64,000 nucleotides of DNA. It comes from Octopus vulgaris. Lineage: Eukaryota. The translations under genes and the position numbers were made by a program. Numbering within the stretch: position 1 is the stretch's first letter; every line of letters begins with the position of its first letter. The notes beneath the pieces were generated by a model. It ran no database searches. It was not told the origin of the DNA and saw only the letters and a program-made list of their open reading frames with translations. Shown here piece after piece: positions 1 through 13,452 of the stretch. The DNA lies in contig OX597822.1 of the NCBI GenBank assembly GCA_951406725.2, positions 65,596,001-65,660,000 of the forward strand. Reading direction: 5' to 3'.

Positions 1-409
1 GATAAAACAACAAAAAGCAAACAGTAAATACTTTTCTCTTCACTCAGAATCTCTCAAGGCTTATCAACGTCGAGAACTGACTGATCACATCCAATTACTG
101 CATTGTATATCGTGGTTTATTTATATTAATCGATTTCTGTTTTATTAAGACAAGTGCGTGTGATTTGGCGAGGGATTATTTACAATTATCAGCTGGTGAA
201 ATGATCGCATACACGCTCATTTACAGTAAAATAAAAAAATATACTTGAAACGCTAAGTGATGCTATTCATGGAGTGCTAGATAAACTGACAGACGCAGTG
301 ATAGAGCTAGCGGTACAATTGCAGATATCACTATGAGGCTCAACAGTAAGTTATCACCTTATTTAAAGCCGCCATTAACGAGTTGCAAGTATGTAGTCCA
401 GGTTTCATC

Positions 410-472
<63 letters not shown>

Positions 473-563
473 CTTTTTGTCTTAAATTAGTAATATCCTT
501 AAGCTCACTTTTAATTTGAAACTATATGTGTGTATATATATATACATATATATATATACATAT

Positions 564-607
<44 letters not shown>

Positions 608-612
608 ATTCA

Positions 613-807
613 TTTACTTGTTACTTGTTTCAGTATATACGATGGCCTTCTTTCAGTTTCCCTCAACCAAATCCACTCATAAGGCTTTGGTCGGCCCGAG
701 GCTATAGTAGAAAATACTTGCTTTGCTCAAGGTGCTACGCAGTGGAACAAAACCCAGAACCATGTGGTTGGGAAGCAAGCTTCTTACCACAAACCCACTC
801 CCGGGCC
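613..807 (-). mobile_element. tRNA-headed SINE family A, internally deleted copy
   Basis: Reverse complement matches the 5' half of the family A copies at 4956 and 54484 (GTGGATTTGGT.GA.GGAAACTGAAAGAAG), joined directly to the CTGAAACAAGTAA tail. Confidence 0.8.
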
Positions 808-1669
808 TATATATATATATAGTTCAGAGATAAAATTGACCCTTAAAGATTCAGCTTCATCAGTAATATATGGATCGTGGTCGAATCTATTTTCACAAAA
901 ATGAGATCGGATCGCTGTATGTTTTCAGAAGAATACTTCAAATAAAATCAGTTCTTGTAGGAAATTATTACATGAGATTTTAAGTACGCATTTGATATCA
1001 CTAAGATATGTAATTGGAAATGTTTATTTTTCGATTCTTTTCGTTTTCTAACTAGAATTATGCATTGATTAATTGTGAAGTTACGAGTATGATCTTTCGA
1101 AACATAAAGTGTTTAGTGTTCTTGAGTTGTAAAGTTTTTAAAGAATGCTTCCGTAACTTGATTTTTTTTTCTTTTACCAGTACATTTATAACAACGTAGA
1201 TCTCAAGAGGTTTTTGATTTCCACTTTAGATAATTCTTCTGCACATGAAAGAATAATTAATATTCACCACAAATAAATTTGTACTTGAAAACTATCTAAG
1301 TTTGTTTGCTTCATATAATATTAAATATAATTTCCAATTCTGGATAGAAGATCCCCGGATAATTATATTTCCGATTGTTCCCAACAATATTCCTTGTAGA
1401 CTTTTACTCTTTTCTGTATTACTTTACAGATTGTTCAGCAATTACATATAACATGAGAACTGAATATTAGGAAAAACACTTTCGTAGTTTGTATCCTGTC
1501 TGTCAAAAGTCTTCCCTCTTGAATATAAGTATGCAAAGATTTCGGTTACTAGAGAGAGAGATCACGATTGTCCCCATAATTATTTAATCCTCAGCGTACA
1601 GGAATGTGACAGCTTTACCATGGACGTCTATGAATTTTATAGTCATATAGTTTTTTTCACGTGATGGTA

Positions 1670-1863
1670 TACTCTTTTTTTACTCTTTTACTTTTTTACT
1701 TGTTTCAGTCATTTGACTGTGGCCATGCTGGAGCACCACCTTTAGTCGAGCAAATTGAATAGTACTTATTTTATCGGTCTCTTGCCGAACCGCTAAATTA
1801 TGTGGACGTAAACACACTAGCATCGGTTGTCAAGCGACGTTGGGGGGACAAACACATACACGT

Positions 1864-1926
<63 letters not shown>

Positions 1927-2099
1927 AATCCATATATACGACGGACTTCTTTCAGTTTCCGTCTACCAAATCCACTCACAAGGCTTTGGTCGCCCCGCGG
2001 CCATAGTAGAAAACACACACCCAAGGTGCCACGCAGTGGGACAGATCTCAGAACTATGTAGTTCATAAGCAAGCTACTTACCACAGCAACTCCTGCACC
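1670..2099 (-). mobile_element. SINE family A, near full length, internal (TA)n(TG)n
   Basis: Head, body, internal microsatellite and AGTAAAAGAG-type tail are colinear with the other copies. Confidence 0.9.
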
Positions 2100-3724
2100 T
2101 ATGTGTATCCTTATAATTTGGACAGATTCAACACATTTTCTATTGTTGTCAGGCAGTTGTGATTTCTGGACGACTTAATTAGGTTATCTTTCATAAAATA
2201 TCCGAGTAATATTCGCGCTTCAGCAAATGAGGTTTTACTAATTAAGAGATCTTCCATATTTGGCAATCCCGATTACTTTAAAATCTTGGTGATAGGACCC
2301 GTGTCTCTACGCGGGATTTTGAGACTGAGTGCTCGTGTATCACTGTGAAGCTATGAAATGTTTTCACCCAATGCCTGTACAATGCACAAACCGACTTTTT
2401 CGTATACCTGTACTTATTACCAACTGAGTCGACGATGAGGAGGTCTGCAATTTGAGGACATGCGTACATACATACATGCTTGCATGCATACTTACATATA
2501 TACATACATATATACATACATACATGCATTCATATATATATATTTACACACATACGTACATAATACTTACATACGTATATACATGCATACATAAATATAT
2601 ACGTACATGCACACACATACATACACACATACACAAACATACATATATACACACATGTGTATACATACATATATACATAAACACACACGAATACACATAT
2701 ACATACATATATACACAGGAATACACATATTTATATACGCATACATACATACGTAATCCATCTTCACATTGAAGGTCTCATCTCGGTTGAAAAATACAAT
2801 AGAAATAGGCATCAATACACATATGTGTGTGTGTGTGTGTGCGCGTGTGTGTGTTTGAGTTTGAAAACATGCTGCTTGTGTAGAAAAACGAACTCAATAC
2901 GTGTACTCGAATTTATTAATATATTTAGAATTCTGTCCTCAATCCTTCGTTAAAATGATTTTGCTCAACATGTGAGTCACTGAAAAGTCCGTCTCTACAT
3001 TTAAGGAATTTCCAGTTTGATTTAGTTCGCATCAGTTCATCTCGTATGGCAAAGAATACTACTTATATAATAATGTAAAAAATGTTTACTCTGCTTCCGG
3101 TAAACAACTTCTCATATCAAACCTAATCGTGTAGGTATCTAAGAAAAATTACTGCAGCCTTGGCCATTCAGTCGCTTTGAGGAAAAGTGTAGTTCAGGTT
3201 CTGGACCGCTTTGTAGTGTCCTTCCGTTTTCGTGGCAACAAGGTGTGATTTAAATGATATTTGAATACTATTTCTAACAAACTGTGTATTCACACAGATA
3301 CAACATTTGTTCGACACATTGTGATAGTTGTGGTTGATGGAGCAATGTATCTTTATCAATGTTATGCTGTTTCAGGTTGCAACTGACACTAACTACTCAA
3401 CAAAACAAGCTTACAAGTATCCAATAAAATCTCTATAAAGAAACATTTAATTGTTGTACGTACGAAACATTAAAAGAAAGTGATTAAAAGAAACTGACGC
3501 AAATAAAAAAAGAAAACACATGACACACAAAGCAGCGAAGTAAAAAAGAATGATTTGGCCAAATCGAACAATTACTTTCTTCCTAAATGGCGTATTTTTA
3601 TGGATATACACTGTAGGTGAATGTGTTGCCAACATTGATAAAGAGACATTTTTTCAAACGACCACAAATAACACAGCTCACGGGGTGCATATCCACGATC
3701 ACTTGGCCAACCAGAAATATATAA

Positions 3725-4085
3725 CCGTAGGAGTGGTTGTGTGGTAAATAGCTTGCTTACTATCCACCTGGTTCCGGGTTCAGTCTTTCTATTATAGACG
3801 CGGGTTGACCAAAGCCACGTGAGTGGATTTTATAGTCGGAAACTGAAATAAGCCTGTCGTATATATATATATGTGAGTGTGTGTGTGAGTGTGTGTGTGA
3901 GTGAGGGTGTGTTTGTGTGTGTGTATGTGAGTGCGTGTTTGTGTGTGTGTGTTTGTCCCCCACACCATGTAAGCGTGTTCACGTCTCCGGAACTTAGTGG
4001 TTCAGCAGAAGAACCGATCGAATAAGTGCTAGGCTTACAAAGAATAAGTCGTGGTGTCGATTTGTTTGACTGAATCAAATAAAAT
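3725..4085 (+). mobile_element. SINE family A copy with deletions
   Basis: GGAGTGGTTGTGTGGTAA A-box-like head, GGTTCAGTC B-box-like motif and GGCTTACAAAGAATAAGTC tail segment. Confidence 0.85.
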
Positions 4086-4955
4086 AATAAAAAATATACA
4101 CATAACATATATATATATATATATATATATATTCACACACACATGCCTATAAATATATATATGCATACATACATACATACATACATACATGTTTGAGTGT
4201 GTATATGAGATGTAAATAAAATATGTGTTTATATATGTGCGTGTGTGGTGGGGTGAGTGACTGCATCAAGAAAATTCCGACTTATCTGACAGTACTTGGG
4301 GAAGATTCCCGTGGAGGAGAAGGACAAATTAAGCCGAAACACCCATTTCTGACGAACTACTGACGTCATTCTAAGCAAAGTGTGTTCTTAGCTCACATTA
4401 TCTCTTAAGAGTAATTTCTATAGAAAAATGAAAAATCTGCAGCTAGCTCCGTTCTCCACGGATCTAAATTCGTAAATATATGCACACAGACACACAGATG
4501 TACAAGCACGGACACACACACATACACAGGAACATACACACATACACACACACCAGTACATTCATATATCATGTGATACACAGGCATGCGGAGTTTAGTA
4601 ATATATTTCCATTTTGCTGCAACGATAAATGAACTAGTATTGCTTTATAAATTCACACATATACAAACGCACACGTTTAGTAAGATGCACAAGTTTACTC
4701 GTTTACACGCACTTTAAGAGAGAATGCGTGTCGTTGTCTGCGCATGTGCATAGAAAGAAAGAAAGACGAAGAGAAAAGTACATATGAAGTAGTAAATATC
4801 ATACATTCATACGTAGTACAAAAAAAAAAACAAGTAAAAAGCAATAGTCAGTCTCTTTCACACCTAGATACTGTCTCAAATTGAATATGCGTATAACTGC
4901 GAATGTGTATGTGTTTTTGTATGCTGATAGTCATATGTAAGAATATACACATGGT

Positions 4956-5117
4956 GGCGCAGGAGTGGCTGCTGGTAAGTAGCTTCCTTACGAACCACAT
5001 GGTTCCGGGTTCAGTCCCACTGCGTGGCACCTTGGTTAAGTGTCTTCTACTATAGCCACGGGCCGACCAAAGCCTTGTGAGTGAATCTGGTAGACGGACG
5101 CTGAAAGAAGCCCGTCG

Positions 5118-5179
<62 letters not shown>

Positions 5180-5392
5180 TATGTGTGTGTGTGTGTGTAT
5201 GTGCATGTTTGTGTGTCTGTGTTTGTCCCCTCGACATCGCTTGGCAACCGATGCTGGTGTGTTTACGTCCTCGTCAATTAGCGGTTCGGCAAGAGACAAC
5301 GATAGAATAAGTACTAGGCTAACAAAGAATAAGTTCTGGAGCCGATTTGCTCCGGCATGACCGCAGTCAAATGACTGAAACAAATAAAAAAA
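4956..5392 (+). mobile_element. SINE family A, near full length
   Basis: GGCGCAGGAGTGGCT...GGTTCCGGGTTCAGTCCCACTGCGTGGCACC head, internal (TA)n(TG)n and CAGTCAAATGACTGAAACA tail. Confidence 0.9.
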
Positions 5393-5474
5393 ATATACAC
5401 ACGAATGCATATGTGTATGTGTGTGTTTCTGTGTACAGACGAATACACACACATGAACATTCCCCATATATATA

Positions 5475-5550
<76 letters not shown>

Positions 5551-5854
5551 GGGGAAACGCACATGTGTTTGTATTCGTCAGTACACAGACTCACGTATCT
5601 AAATTCGTAAATATATGCACGCAGACACACACAGGTACAAGCACCGAGACACGTATACACAAACACACACACATATATACACATGGACATACCCATGAAT
5701 ACACATGCACAAAGTCGTATTCGTATATCATGGGATACACAGACAGGTGGAGTTTAGTTATATATATATATGTATATATATTATATATATATGTATATGT
5801 ATATATATATATATGTATATGTGTATATATATATGTATATGTATGCATATATAT

Positions 5855-5901
<47 letters not shown>

Positions 5902-6233
5902 TTTATGTATGTATGTATGTATGTATGTATGTATGTATGTACGTGTGTATGCAGGTTGGGATACAGATGAATAATTATAGAGAACAGCTGCTTAGAGCTA
6001 TGACTCAAAATGACGCACCTAACAATATCTTTCCGTTTATCCCCTGCGGCAGCAACATCAACGTCTAACCGCTATGGTTTGAACTATATCGGCAATAAAT
6101 ACTCGGACAAGAACACAAATATTATCGTTATATTATCGTCACTGAATATATTCCACGAAATACTTTGATACATCGTAACAAACACGGATATTTGCATACA
6201 TACATATACACACACACATATATACACACATAT

Positions 6234-6286
<53 letters not shown>

Positions 6287-6640
6287 TATAGATATATATA
6301 TATGTTTATATATATATATATAAATGTATAGGTGTGTATATCTATCAATCTACCTCTTTTTCAAGGATGTTCTGATGTAGAACTCGCTACATTGTGTTGA
6401 ATAAATTGATGTGGGGGGGAACACTGATGGGGATTTATTTAAATATTTGTTGACCTGGAAAACACTGAATATAAATTAAGACCTGCTTTTCGACCAGGTA
6501 GTCATCACTACACCAAAAGCCTTATCTTCTTTTCAGCAGAGGTGACTGTTAAACATATGCAAACTAAAAAACTAATTCAGTGGAAAAATTTACTCTCAAT
6601 CAAGTAATTATACATACACACACGCATATATACACACATG

Positions 6641-6808
6641 CACACATACATACATACATACATACATACATACATACATGCATACATACATACATACATA
6701 CATACATACATACATACATACATACATACATACATACATACATACATACATACATACATACATACATACATACATACGTACATACATACATACATACACA
6801 CAAAGCTG

Positions 6809-6850
<42 letters not shown>
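6641..6850. repeat. (TACA)n/(CA)n/(TA)n compound microsatellite
   Basis: Read directly; it explains the YIHT/MYVC pseudo-ORFs. Confidence 0.95.
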
Positions 6851-6909
6851 CCGTTTGTAAAAAAACATAAATCCGAAGGAAGCACACAAGATATTGACCA
6901 GTATATATT

Positions 6910-7275
6910 AAAAAAGTGGGGAAGGCCGGTTTATTGGATTATTTTAAGTTTCCCGTCCATAAAGTGTTCAGCTTGATAGCATATGGTCAGATCCCAAAAC
7001 CTGTTGGACCAAGGCTTCTTAAGAATATGTAGAAGAAAATGCCCCACTACTGAAAAGTAACAACGGATATTATCTCCATTGGCAAACAACTAACGACTTG
7101 TAGCTGTCCTCCCATCTTGTGGTCTCCAGAAGGCTAGAAGGAATCTCCTGAAATGAAAACATGGTCCGTAAATCTCTGTTCTGAAAATAAGGATGTTCTC
7201 TGGTTTGAGTAAGTCCTTTGGGATACTCGCCCATTCCGCTATGCATAATTTGCATCGTTTTCCTGATGGCCATGT
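6910..7275 (-). mobile_element. Penelope-like element 3' fragment (GIY-YIG C-terminus plus 3' pLTR with decayed hammerhead)
   Basis: ORF 7090..7314(-) gives SGKRCKLCIAE...NILIFRTEIYGPCFHFRRFLL, matching the PLE endonuclease C-terminal pattern KRCxLCxxE...LNxRxE...CxHxxKFLL. It is a diverged inverted copy of 8180-8540. Confidence 0.8.
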
Positions 7276-7630
7276 TGCTGTTGTTTTCGTCGATGCCGTT
7301 GGGAGAACGGCCAATGTTGACGCTGGTGTTGTTATTGGTATTGATGCTAATGTTGTTAACTGTGGCGATGGTGGCAGCGTTGATGGTTCAGCAGCAGCAT
7401 TATCAACAGCTACCTTTAGCTGATCCTGAAGTCCCTATAGCTGTAGTAAGAGTCCCACCGCCAGCAAGAACGACAATAATAGCAATAATGGAAACAGCAG
7501 CAGAGACAGTGGACCTAGCGGAAACATCAGCAGAGCCACTAATAATTATATCTCTAGCAGCAATGGCAGCTCTTCCACAAATGACGAGGGCCACAATAAC
7601 AACAATACCGTTAGTGGTGATACCCTTACC

Positions 7631-7861
7631 TATTTCTTTATTACCCACAAGGGGCTGAACACAGAGGGGACAAACAAGGAGAGACATAGGTATTAAGTCG
7701 ATTACATCGACCCCAGTGCGTAACTGGTACTTAATTTATCGACCTCGAAAGGATGAAAGGCAAAGTCGACCTCGGCGGAATTTGAACTCACAACGTAACG
7801 GCAGACGAAATACCGCTAAGCATTTCGCCCAGCGTGCTAACGTTTCTGCCAGCTCGCCGCC
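7631..7861 (-). mobile_element. SINE family B (Meta-domain-like) with 20-bp target-site duplication
   Basis: GGCGGCGAGCTGGCAGAAACGTTAGC head and GCCTTTCATCCTTTCG.GGTCGATAAA core. TSD TTAGTGGYGATACCCTTACC at 7611-7630 and 7862-7881. Confidence 0.92.
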
Positions 7862-7974
7862 TTAGTGGCGATACCCTTACCGCCGCCAACACCACCTTCA
7901 TCGAGCAATCCCATATCCAACAGCAATGATGACGGTGGCAGCATCAACAAGCGACACCAGCAAATACAGACACA

Positions 7975-8540
7975 GTGCCGACGACAACCGCCCACGGAGA
8001 TATATCGGATGTTCCGGAAACACATTTTACCAGTTTCTCTCTAGCCACAGGTCCTTATTCAGAGTTCCTGAAAGGAGATACATAACATCATTAGCCAGCC
8101 ATGTATGGCAACTGAGAGACGATGGGATTCTATACTCATTCTCATGGAAAAAAACCTTGAGAACCCAGGCCCCTGTATCAACGCGACAAAATGATGTAAA
8201 TTACGCGTAGCGGAACGGATGAGGACCATAAAGGACTCCCTCAAACTAGGGAACATCCTTAACTCCAGAACGGAGATTTTGGGGCCATGTTTACATTTCA
8301 GGAGATTCCTACCAGCCTATTCGAGCCAAGATGGCGCCACAGCCGGAAGTCAATAGCCGATAGACAAGGTAGATAATCCCCAATTGTTACCATGAGTAGT
8401 GAAGCATTTTGTACCGCATATACTTAAGAGGCGTTGGGCCAAAGGTTTTGGGATCTGACGATACGCCATAAAGCTAAACCCTTTATGGATGGGAAACTTA
8501 ATGTAATCCCATAAAAAACCTGCTTTTCCCATTTTTAACA
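7975..8540 (+). mobile_element. Penelope-like element remnant: frameshifted GIY-YIG endonuclease plus 3' pLTR
   Basis: ORF 7926..8210 reads RRYIGCSGNTFYQFLSSHRSLFR...TSLASHVWQLRDDGILYSFSWK (YIG motif plus PLE EN helices). It continues in another frame as CKLRVAE...NILNSRTEILGPCLHFRRF. Confidence 0.85.
8450..8510 (+). ncRNA. Type I hammerhead ribozyme motif in PLE 3' region
   Basis: Stem I GGGAT/ATCCC, CTGACGA (8455-8461), stem II CCATAAAG/CTTTATGG, GAAA (8493-8496), C-TTAAT-G, then the TA cleavage site (8504-8505). Confidence 0.75.
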
Positions 8541-8677
8541 CACACAGCCATACATACGAGCATATACATATATAAGCATACTTGTATATACATATGTTTG
8601 TGTCTATGTGTATGTATGCACCTATCTCTTATTATCTCACCCTCCCTATCTAAACATATATAGCTATATATATATAT

Positions 8678-8738
<61 letters not shown>

Positions 8739-9468
8739 TAGATAGATAGATAGATAGACAGATTGATAGATATAGTTTCTATAGAAAATCTGCAAAGATA
8801 TCTTTAAACAGTGATTGAATATCATTGTCAACACAGGAAGGACACTATATTGATTTATTTACTTATATGCCTTTAATAAACTTGGTAGTATATCATATTT
8901 GCATAATAAAATACGCTGTCCCTAACAGCAATTTATATGCCCGTACCATTGGTATATCTAATTGTTTTACACCACTTAATTTGATCGTGATTAGTTTTGT
9001 ATGCGATACTGAAGAAAGAGCAAGAACTCCTGAAATATGTAAATACACATATTACATATTTTTCTATCTTCCAGCGCATAGTCTACATCGATATCTTCGT
9101 ATATGAATTGTCGTAAGATGCAGTGCTAACTCTAATTTCTATAGAATATCTGTAGAGATAACTTTGAAAAGTGATATTTAAACGTGCTTTTTTGCTTAGA
9201 ATGAACTAATCACCTCATCTGCCTATCTCGTGTTTTGGGGCCATATTCTATCCGCAATTCAATGCTGATCATGCAACAATTAGGACGATTATAAGATATT
9301 AACTTCATTTTTATTGCCATCCACTCTTACATGTAACATAAGTTACCTTCTGATATGATGGCATAAAGAGAGAAAAATGGAAATGACGAGGCGTCTGAAT
9401 AGTACAGCAACGCACACACCTAAGTATTTTCCCTCTCCCACTCTGTCCCTCTCTCTCTCTCTCATCAA

Positions 9469-9505
<37 letters not shown>

Positions 9506-9544
9506 TACATACATATGCATATAAAAAGATTCATGCATACAAAC

Positions 9545-9611
<67 letters not shown>

Positions 9612-9907
9612 TATATTTATACAGCCATATGTTAAGTAACCATATTTTTAGCGTACTCATATTTATGTATAATATTTATATCTATTGAACTTTTAAAGTC
9701 TCTTTCCACCATATGTTAAATAAATATTTTTAGTTTTGCTGTGGAAAATATCATAAAGAAATAACATTGTAGACCAGCTGGGAAAGCGTAATTATTTCAG
9801 CATGTTTCAATGCAAGGCCGAACTAGTTGAGCTGGTCTTCATTCCAAATATGCTGACGGTCCTTTGGTTAAACCACGGGATCCTTTTCCATACATATGTA
9901 TATATAC

Positions 9908-9975
<68 letters not shown>

Positions 9976-9983
<8 letters not shown>

Positions 9984-10304
9984 AGTGAATTGAAGAAATG
10001 GAGTTGAACGAAGATTGAACAGAAATCGTTTTATTGCATTCTACACGTGTTTCGAAAGCCACAATTTACCAAATTCCGATTGAATAAGGAGACCATGTTG
10101 TGTCTTTCTCTTCAGGAAGAAATAGGAAATCCGTTGTTTTTGCCAACGGATTTCCTATTTCTTCCTGAAGAGAAAGACACAACATGGTCTCCTTATTCAA
10201 TCGGAATTTGGTAAATTGTGGCTTTCGAAACACGTGTAGAATGCAATAAAACGATTTCTGTTCAATCTTCGTTCAACTCCATTTCTTCAATTCACTAATA
10301 ATAT
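9976..10304. repeat. Perfect inverted repeat, 161-bp arms with 7-nt spacer (PLE pLTR fold-back; sense arm extends to about 10455)
   Basis: 9976-10136 is the exact reverse complement of 10144-10304. The whole insert is flanked by (TA)n tracts. Confidence 0.93.
10160..10243 (+). ncRNA. Type I hammerhead ribozyme motif (mirror copy on - strand in the left arm)
   Basis: TTC-CTGAAGA (10165-10171)-GAAAGACACAA...TTGTGGCTTTC-GAAA (10227-10230)-CACGTG-TA-GAA, followed by AATAAA. Confidence 0.7.
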
Positions 10305-10451
10305 TAAAATTCAATTATCCGCACCAACGTATGGTTGCAACACCATATGGTTGTACCTCCAACCGTGCTGTCTTCTGCTGTGATTTTTGCTACCAAGGTA
10401 TCGGTTAAACTTTTGATTAATCTGCAACAAGATTATTCATCTTTCTATTTC

Positions 10452-10507
<56 letters not shown>

Positions 10508-10510
10508 CAT

Positions 10511-10605
<95 letters not shown>

Positions 10606-11399
10606 ATAGGAAGGGCAGTTAAAGCCGACACCACGAATGAGGGCAATTTCAAAAGGAATGAAAATAAAAAAATATTTTTGTAGTTATCCATAAACTCGAT
10701 TTTTTTTTTGTATCAATGTGCAAATAAATTAATTTGTCCTTCGTACTTCTTCGGTGAGAGCGCTAAAATCAATGCATATTTATGCACAAAATAGCACCGA
10801 AGAAAACACTTGTGCATTGTAATTTTCAAATACACCGCACAAGCGCAGTTACATTCGTCAGCAAATAATAATAAAGAAATTAAATCTGCCTGCCAGAAAG
10901 GCTTTGAAACAACGAAAATTTTACTGTGAAAATAATAAGGTTAGAAAATTTAGAAAAAATTTCATACTGGTGCCTAGTATACAAAATAAAGTCAATAGAC
11001 AACTTATTTTCATATATAATAGTGTATAAACAATTCATATACTAAAGTGGCGACTTTTGACAGAATACTTTACATGCCAGAAAGGGCAGTCAGAAAGGAT
11101 ATCAGTTTGTGTGTGTGCCTCTCTGCCTATAGGCAGAAAAACTACAGCATGGATTTAAAAACTAAAAAAGTAATTCGTGTGTATACTTTTACGACAAAGA
11201 CAGTGGAACAGGTTCCGAGTCTCTAGCGATCCTTCGAAGGGAGCTACTGGCCATTTTGCAAAGTGTACAAAATCGCATTTCAAAACTATATGAATGGTAT
11301 AAGAGATATAACTTTTATATACCACTTCTAAATTAAAAATAAATCAATGAAGGATCTAAGGGGTTTACTTTTTATTGGTTTAACATACCAATATCTTTT

Positions 11400-12941
11400 T
11401 TCTTATCGTTTCACTGCTGAGAGACTCCTCTGATATGTGGCATTTGGTGAATAAGGGTGGTTTATGTCGCTGCCCTCTTTTGCGTTTCTTGCTGAGAGGT
11501 AGGTTCATCTGGGTCTCTCGACAGGAAGTGATCCAGTTTTGTTTTGAAAACACCAACATCCACTTTGTGTAAGCATCTCAAGCTCTTTGGGAAAATATTA
11601 AAAAGCTGTGGGTCCTTGAAATCCCAGCTGTAGAAGTAAACGGTTCTGAAGCGCGAGGGCATTGTTTCGCTCTTTGGCACTGTGCAGCGGCCACCCGTTC
11701 TAGCATTTGTGTACCTTTTAGGACCAAAATATGGCACAATACCCTCCAGGATCTTCCAGGTATATATTACAGCATATTTCTCCCGCCTTCGCTCCAGGGA
11801 GTAGAGTCTTATCTCTTTTAGTATTTCCCAGTTGCTGAACTGGTGCAGTGAAATCCATCTTCTTTGCGATGATTCGCTGGGTTACTTCAAGGTCCGCAAT
11901 TAATTTTACGCTGTGGAGTGACCATAGATGGGAGCAGTAGTCCAGGTGTCTGAGGACGAATGTCCTCCAGAGGATCACCATAGTTTCCTTCTCTCTGGTT
12001 TTGAAGGTTCCCGGAATCGAGCAAGCCAGCCATCTGCACTTTGTCACCATCTTGGTAATATGCACTTGGAAAAAGGTATCATCACTCATGACGATACCCA
12101 GGTCACGCACTGATTTAGGTTCTGGGATTGTAATCCCCACTGGGCCACTGTACCCTGTAAGACTTTCGTTCAGTTTTGATTGCTGGTAACGCAGGGATTG
12201 AAATTTTACGGCATTAACGGTATATTATTGTTCTCAGACCATCTGCTGTAGGCGTCGAGCATTGCTAGGGATTTGTATTTTCTGCGAGAATTTTGTATCG
12301 TCTGCGCAGCTAGCAAGGGTGGCTATCGGGAAAGCTGAGAGTTTGTCTGAGAAGGCCACTATCAAAAGCAGTGGTCCCAAGACAGTGCTCTTTGGAGCAC
12401 AACTCACTATTTGTGTTTCCTTCGAAGTGAATCCATTGACCACCACTGTGTGGCTTCTATCTTACAGAACGTCATGTAACCACTGTCCAAGTTTTCCAGC
12501 TATGCTAAAATCGTGCAGTTTGTGGCATATCCTATCATGATTAAATTTATCCAAAACCTTTGAAAAGTCAAGGTATATTACGTTCACATTTGAGTTGTCA
12601 AATAACTGCTTCAACACCCAGTCATAGTGCCGTAGGAGGTGTGTCAGGCAGCTCCTACCTGGTGGAAACCCATGCTGGGCATTACTCAGCAAGTCGTTTT
12701 CTGCAAGGAATGCGATTGGTTTCTCTCTGGCTATTCATTCCATGAAATTGCTGATGTGTGAAGCCATAGATATAGGCCTATAATTTTTGGCATTTGCTCT
12801 GCTTTCTCCTTTATAGACTGGCCATTTTATGCCCTCCTTCAGTTTGTTTGGCAGTTTTCCATTTCCAAGTTAACCCTGGAAGAGAATCTGTAGTGGTTTT
12901 ACCATGGTATGTTTGCACGATTTCAGGAGGATTACTGGGAA
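11400..12941 (-). mobile_element. 5'-truncated, decayed CR1-group LINE (RT domain to 3' end)
   Basis: Fragmented ORFs give QHGFPPGRSCLTHLL, IYLDFSKVLDK, APKSTVLGPLLL, CADDTK, VRDLGIVMSDD and HLDYCSHLWS, which are non-LTR RT motifs of the CR1/L2 group. Multiple frameshifts and stops. Confidence 0.92.
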
Positions 12942-13084
12942 ACTAAATTAAACCAAATAAAAAATAACCTAAGGGACACAATCTTTACAAGATTATTGTA
13001 GTTCTTCATTTTATTTCAAAATACGATGGGGCTCTCTTCTGTAGGTATACCATATGTGTAATGTAACGACACAGATAATAACAT

Positions 13085-13290
13085 GTATTCGAATCCTAGA
13101 CCGGGCGACGCGCTGTGTTCTTGAGCGAAGCTCTTCATTTCACAACGCTCTAGTTTACTCTGTTGCCACGAATGAGTAATTCTGCAACGGACCAATAAAC
13201 AATGCCACATCCTGGGATAGTGGAGATACATACTGCACAGAATCGGAGAAACCGGCCTAATGAGCCTATGACTCGAGATGGAGCTTTGAT
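13085..13290 (+). mobile_element. SINE family C fragment (CORE-like module plus tail alpha)
   Basis: TGTGTTCTTGAGC...CTTCATTTCACAACGCTC and GAAACCGGCCTAATGAGCC are shared with 18290-18534. Confidence 0.65.
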
Positions 13291-13452
13291 CTCCGTTTTA
13301 CTTTTTTGATCATAATACTTAATATACTTAATTTTTTTTTCAGCTGATGCGAAAGCGTTAAGAGTGACAAATAATTTTTATAAAGAACGGATCGACTTCT
13401 ATTTACTTTATGCAAGGCATTACTTGCGCAATTGTATACTTCGATTTGTGAT

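Noticed and set aside
7218-7658. 146-aa ORF with hydrophobic and Gln-rich stretches
   Set aside because: It spans a PLE fragment, degenerate trinucleotide sequence and a SINE tail, so it is not a credible gene.
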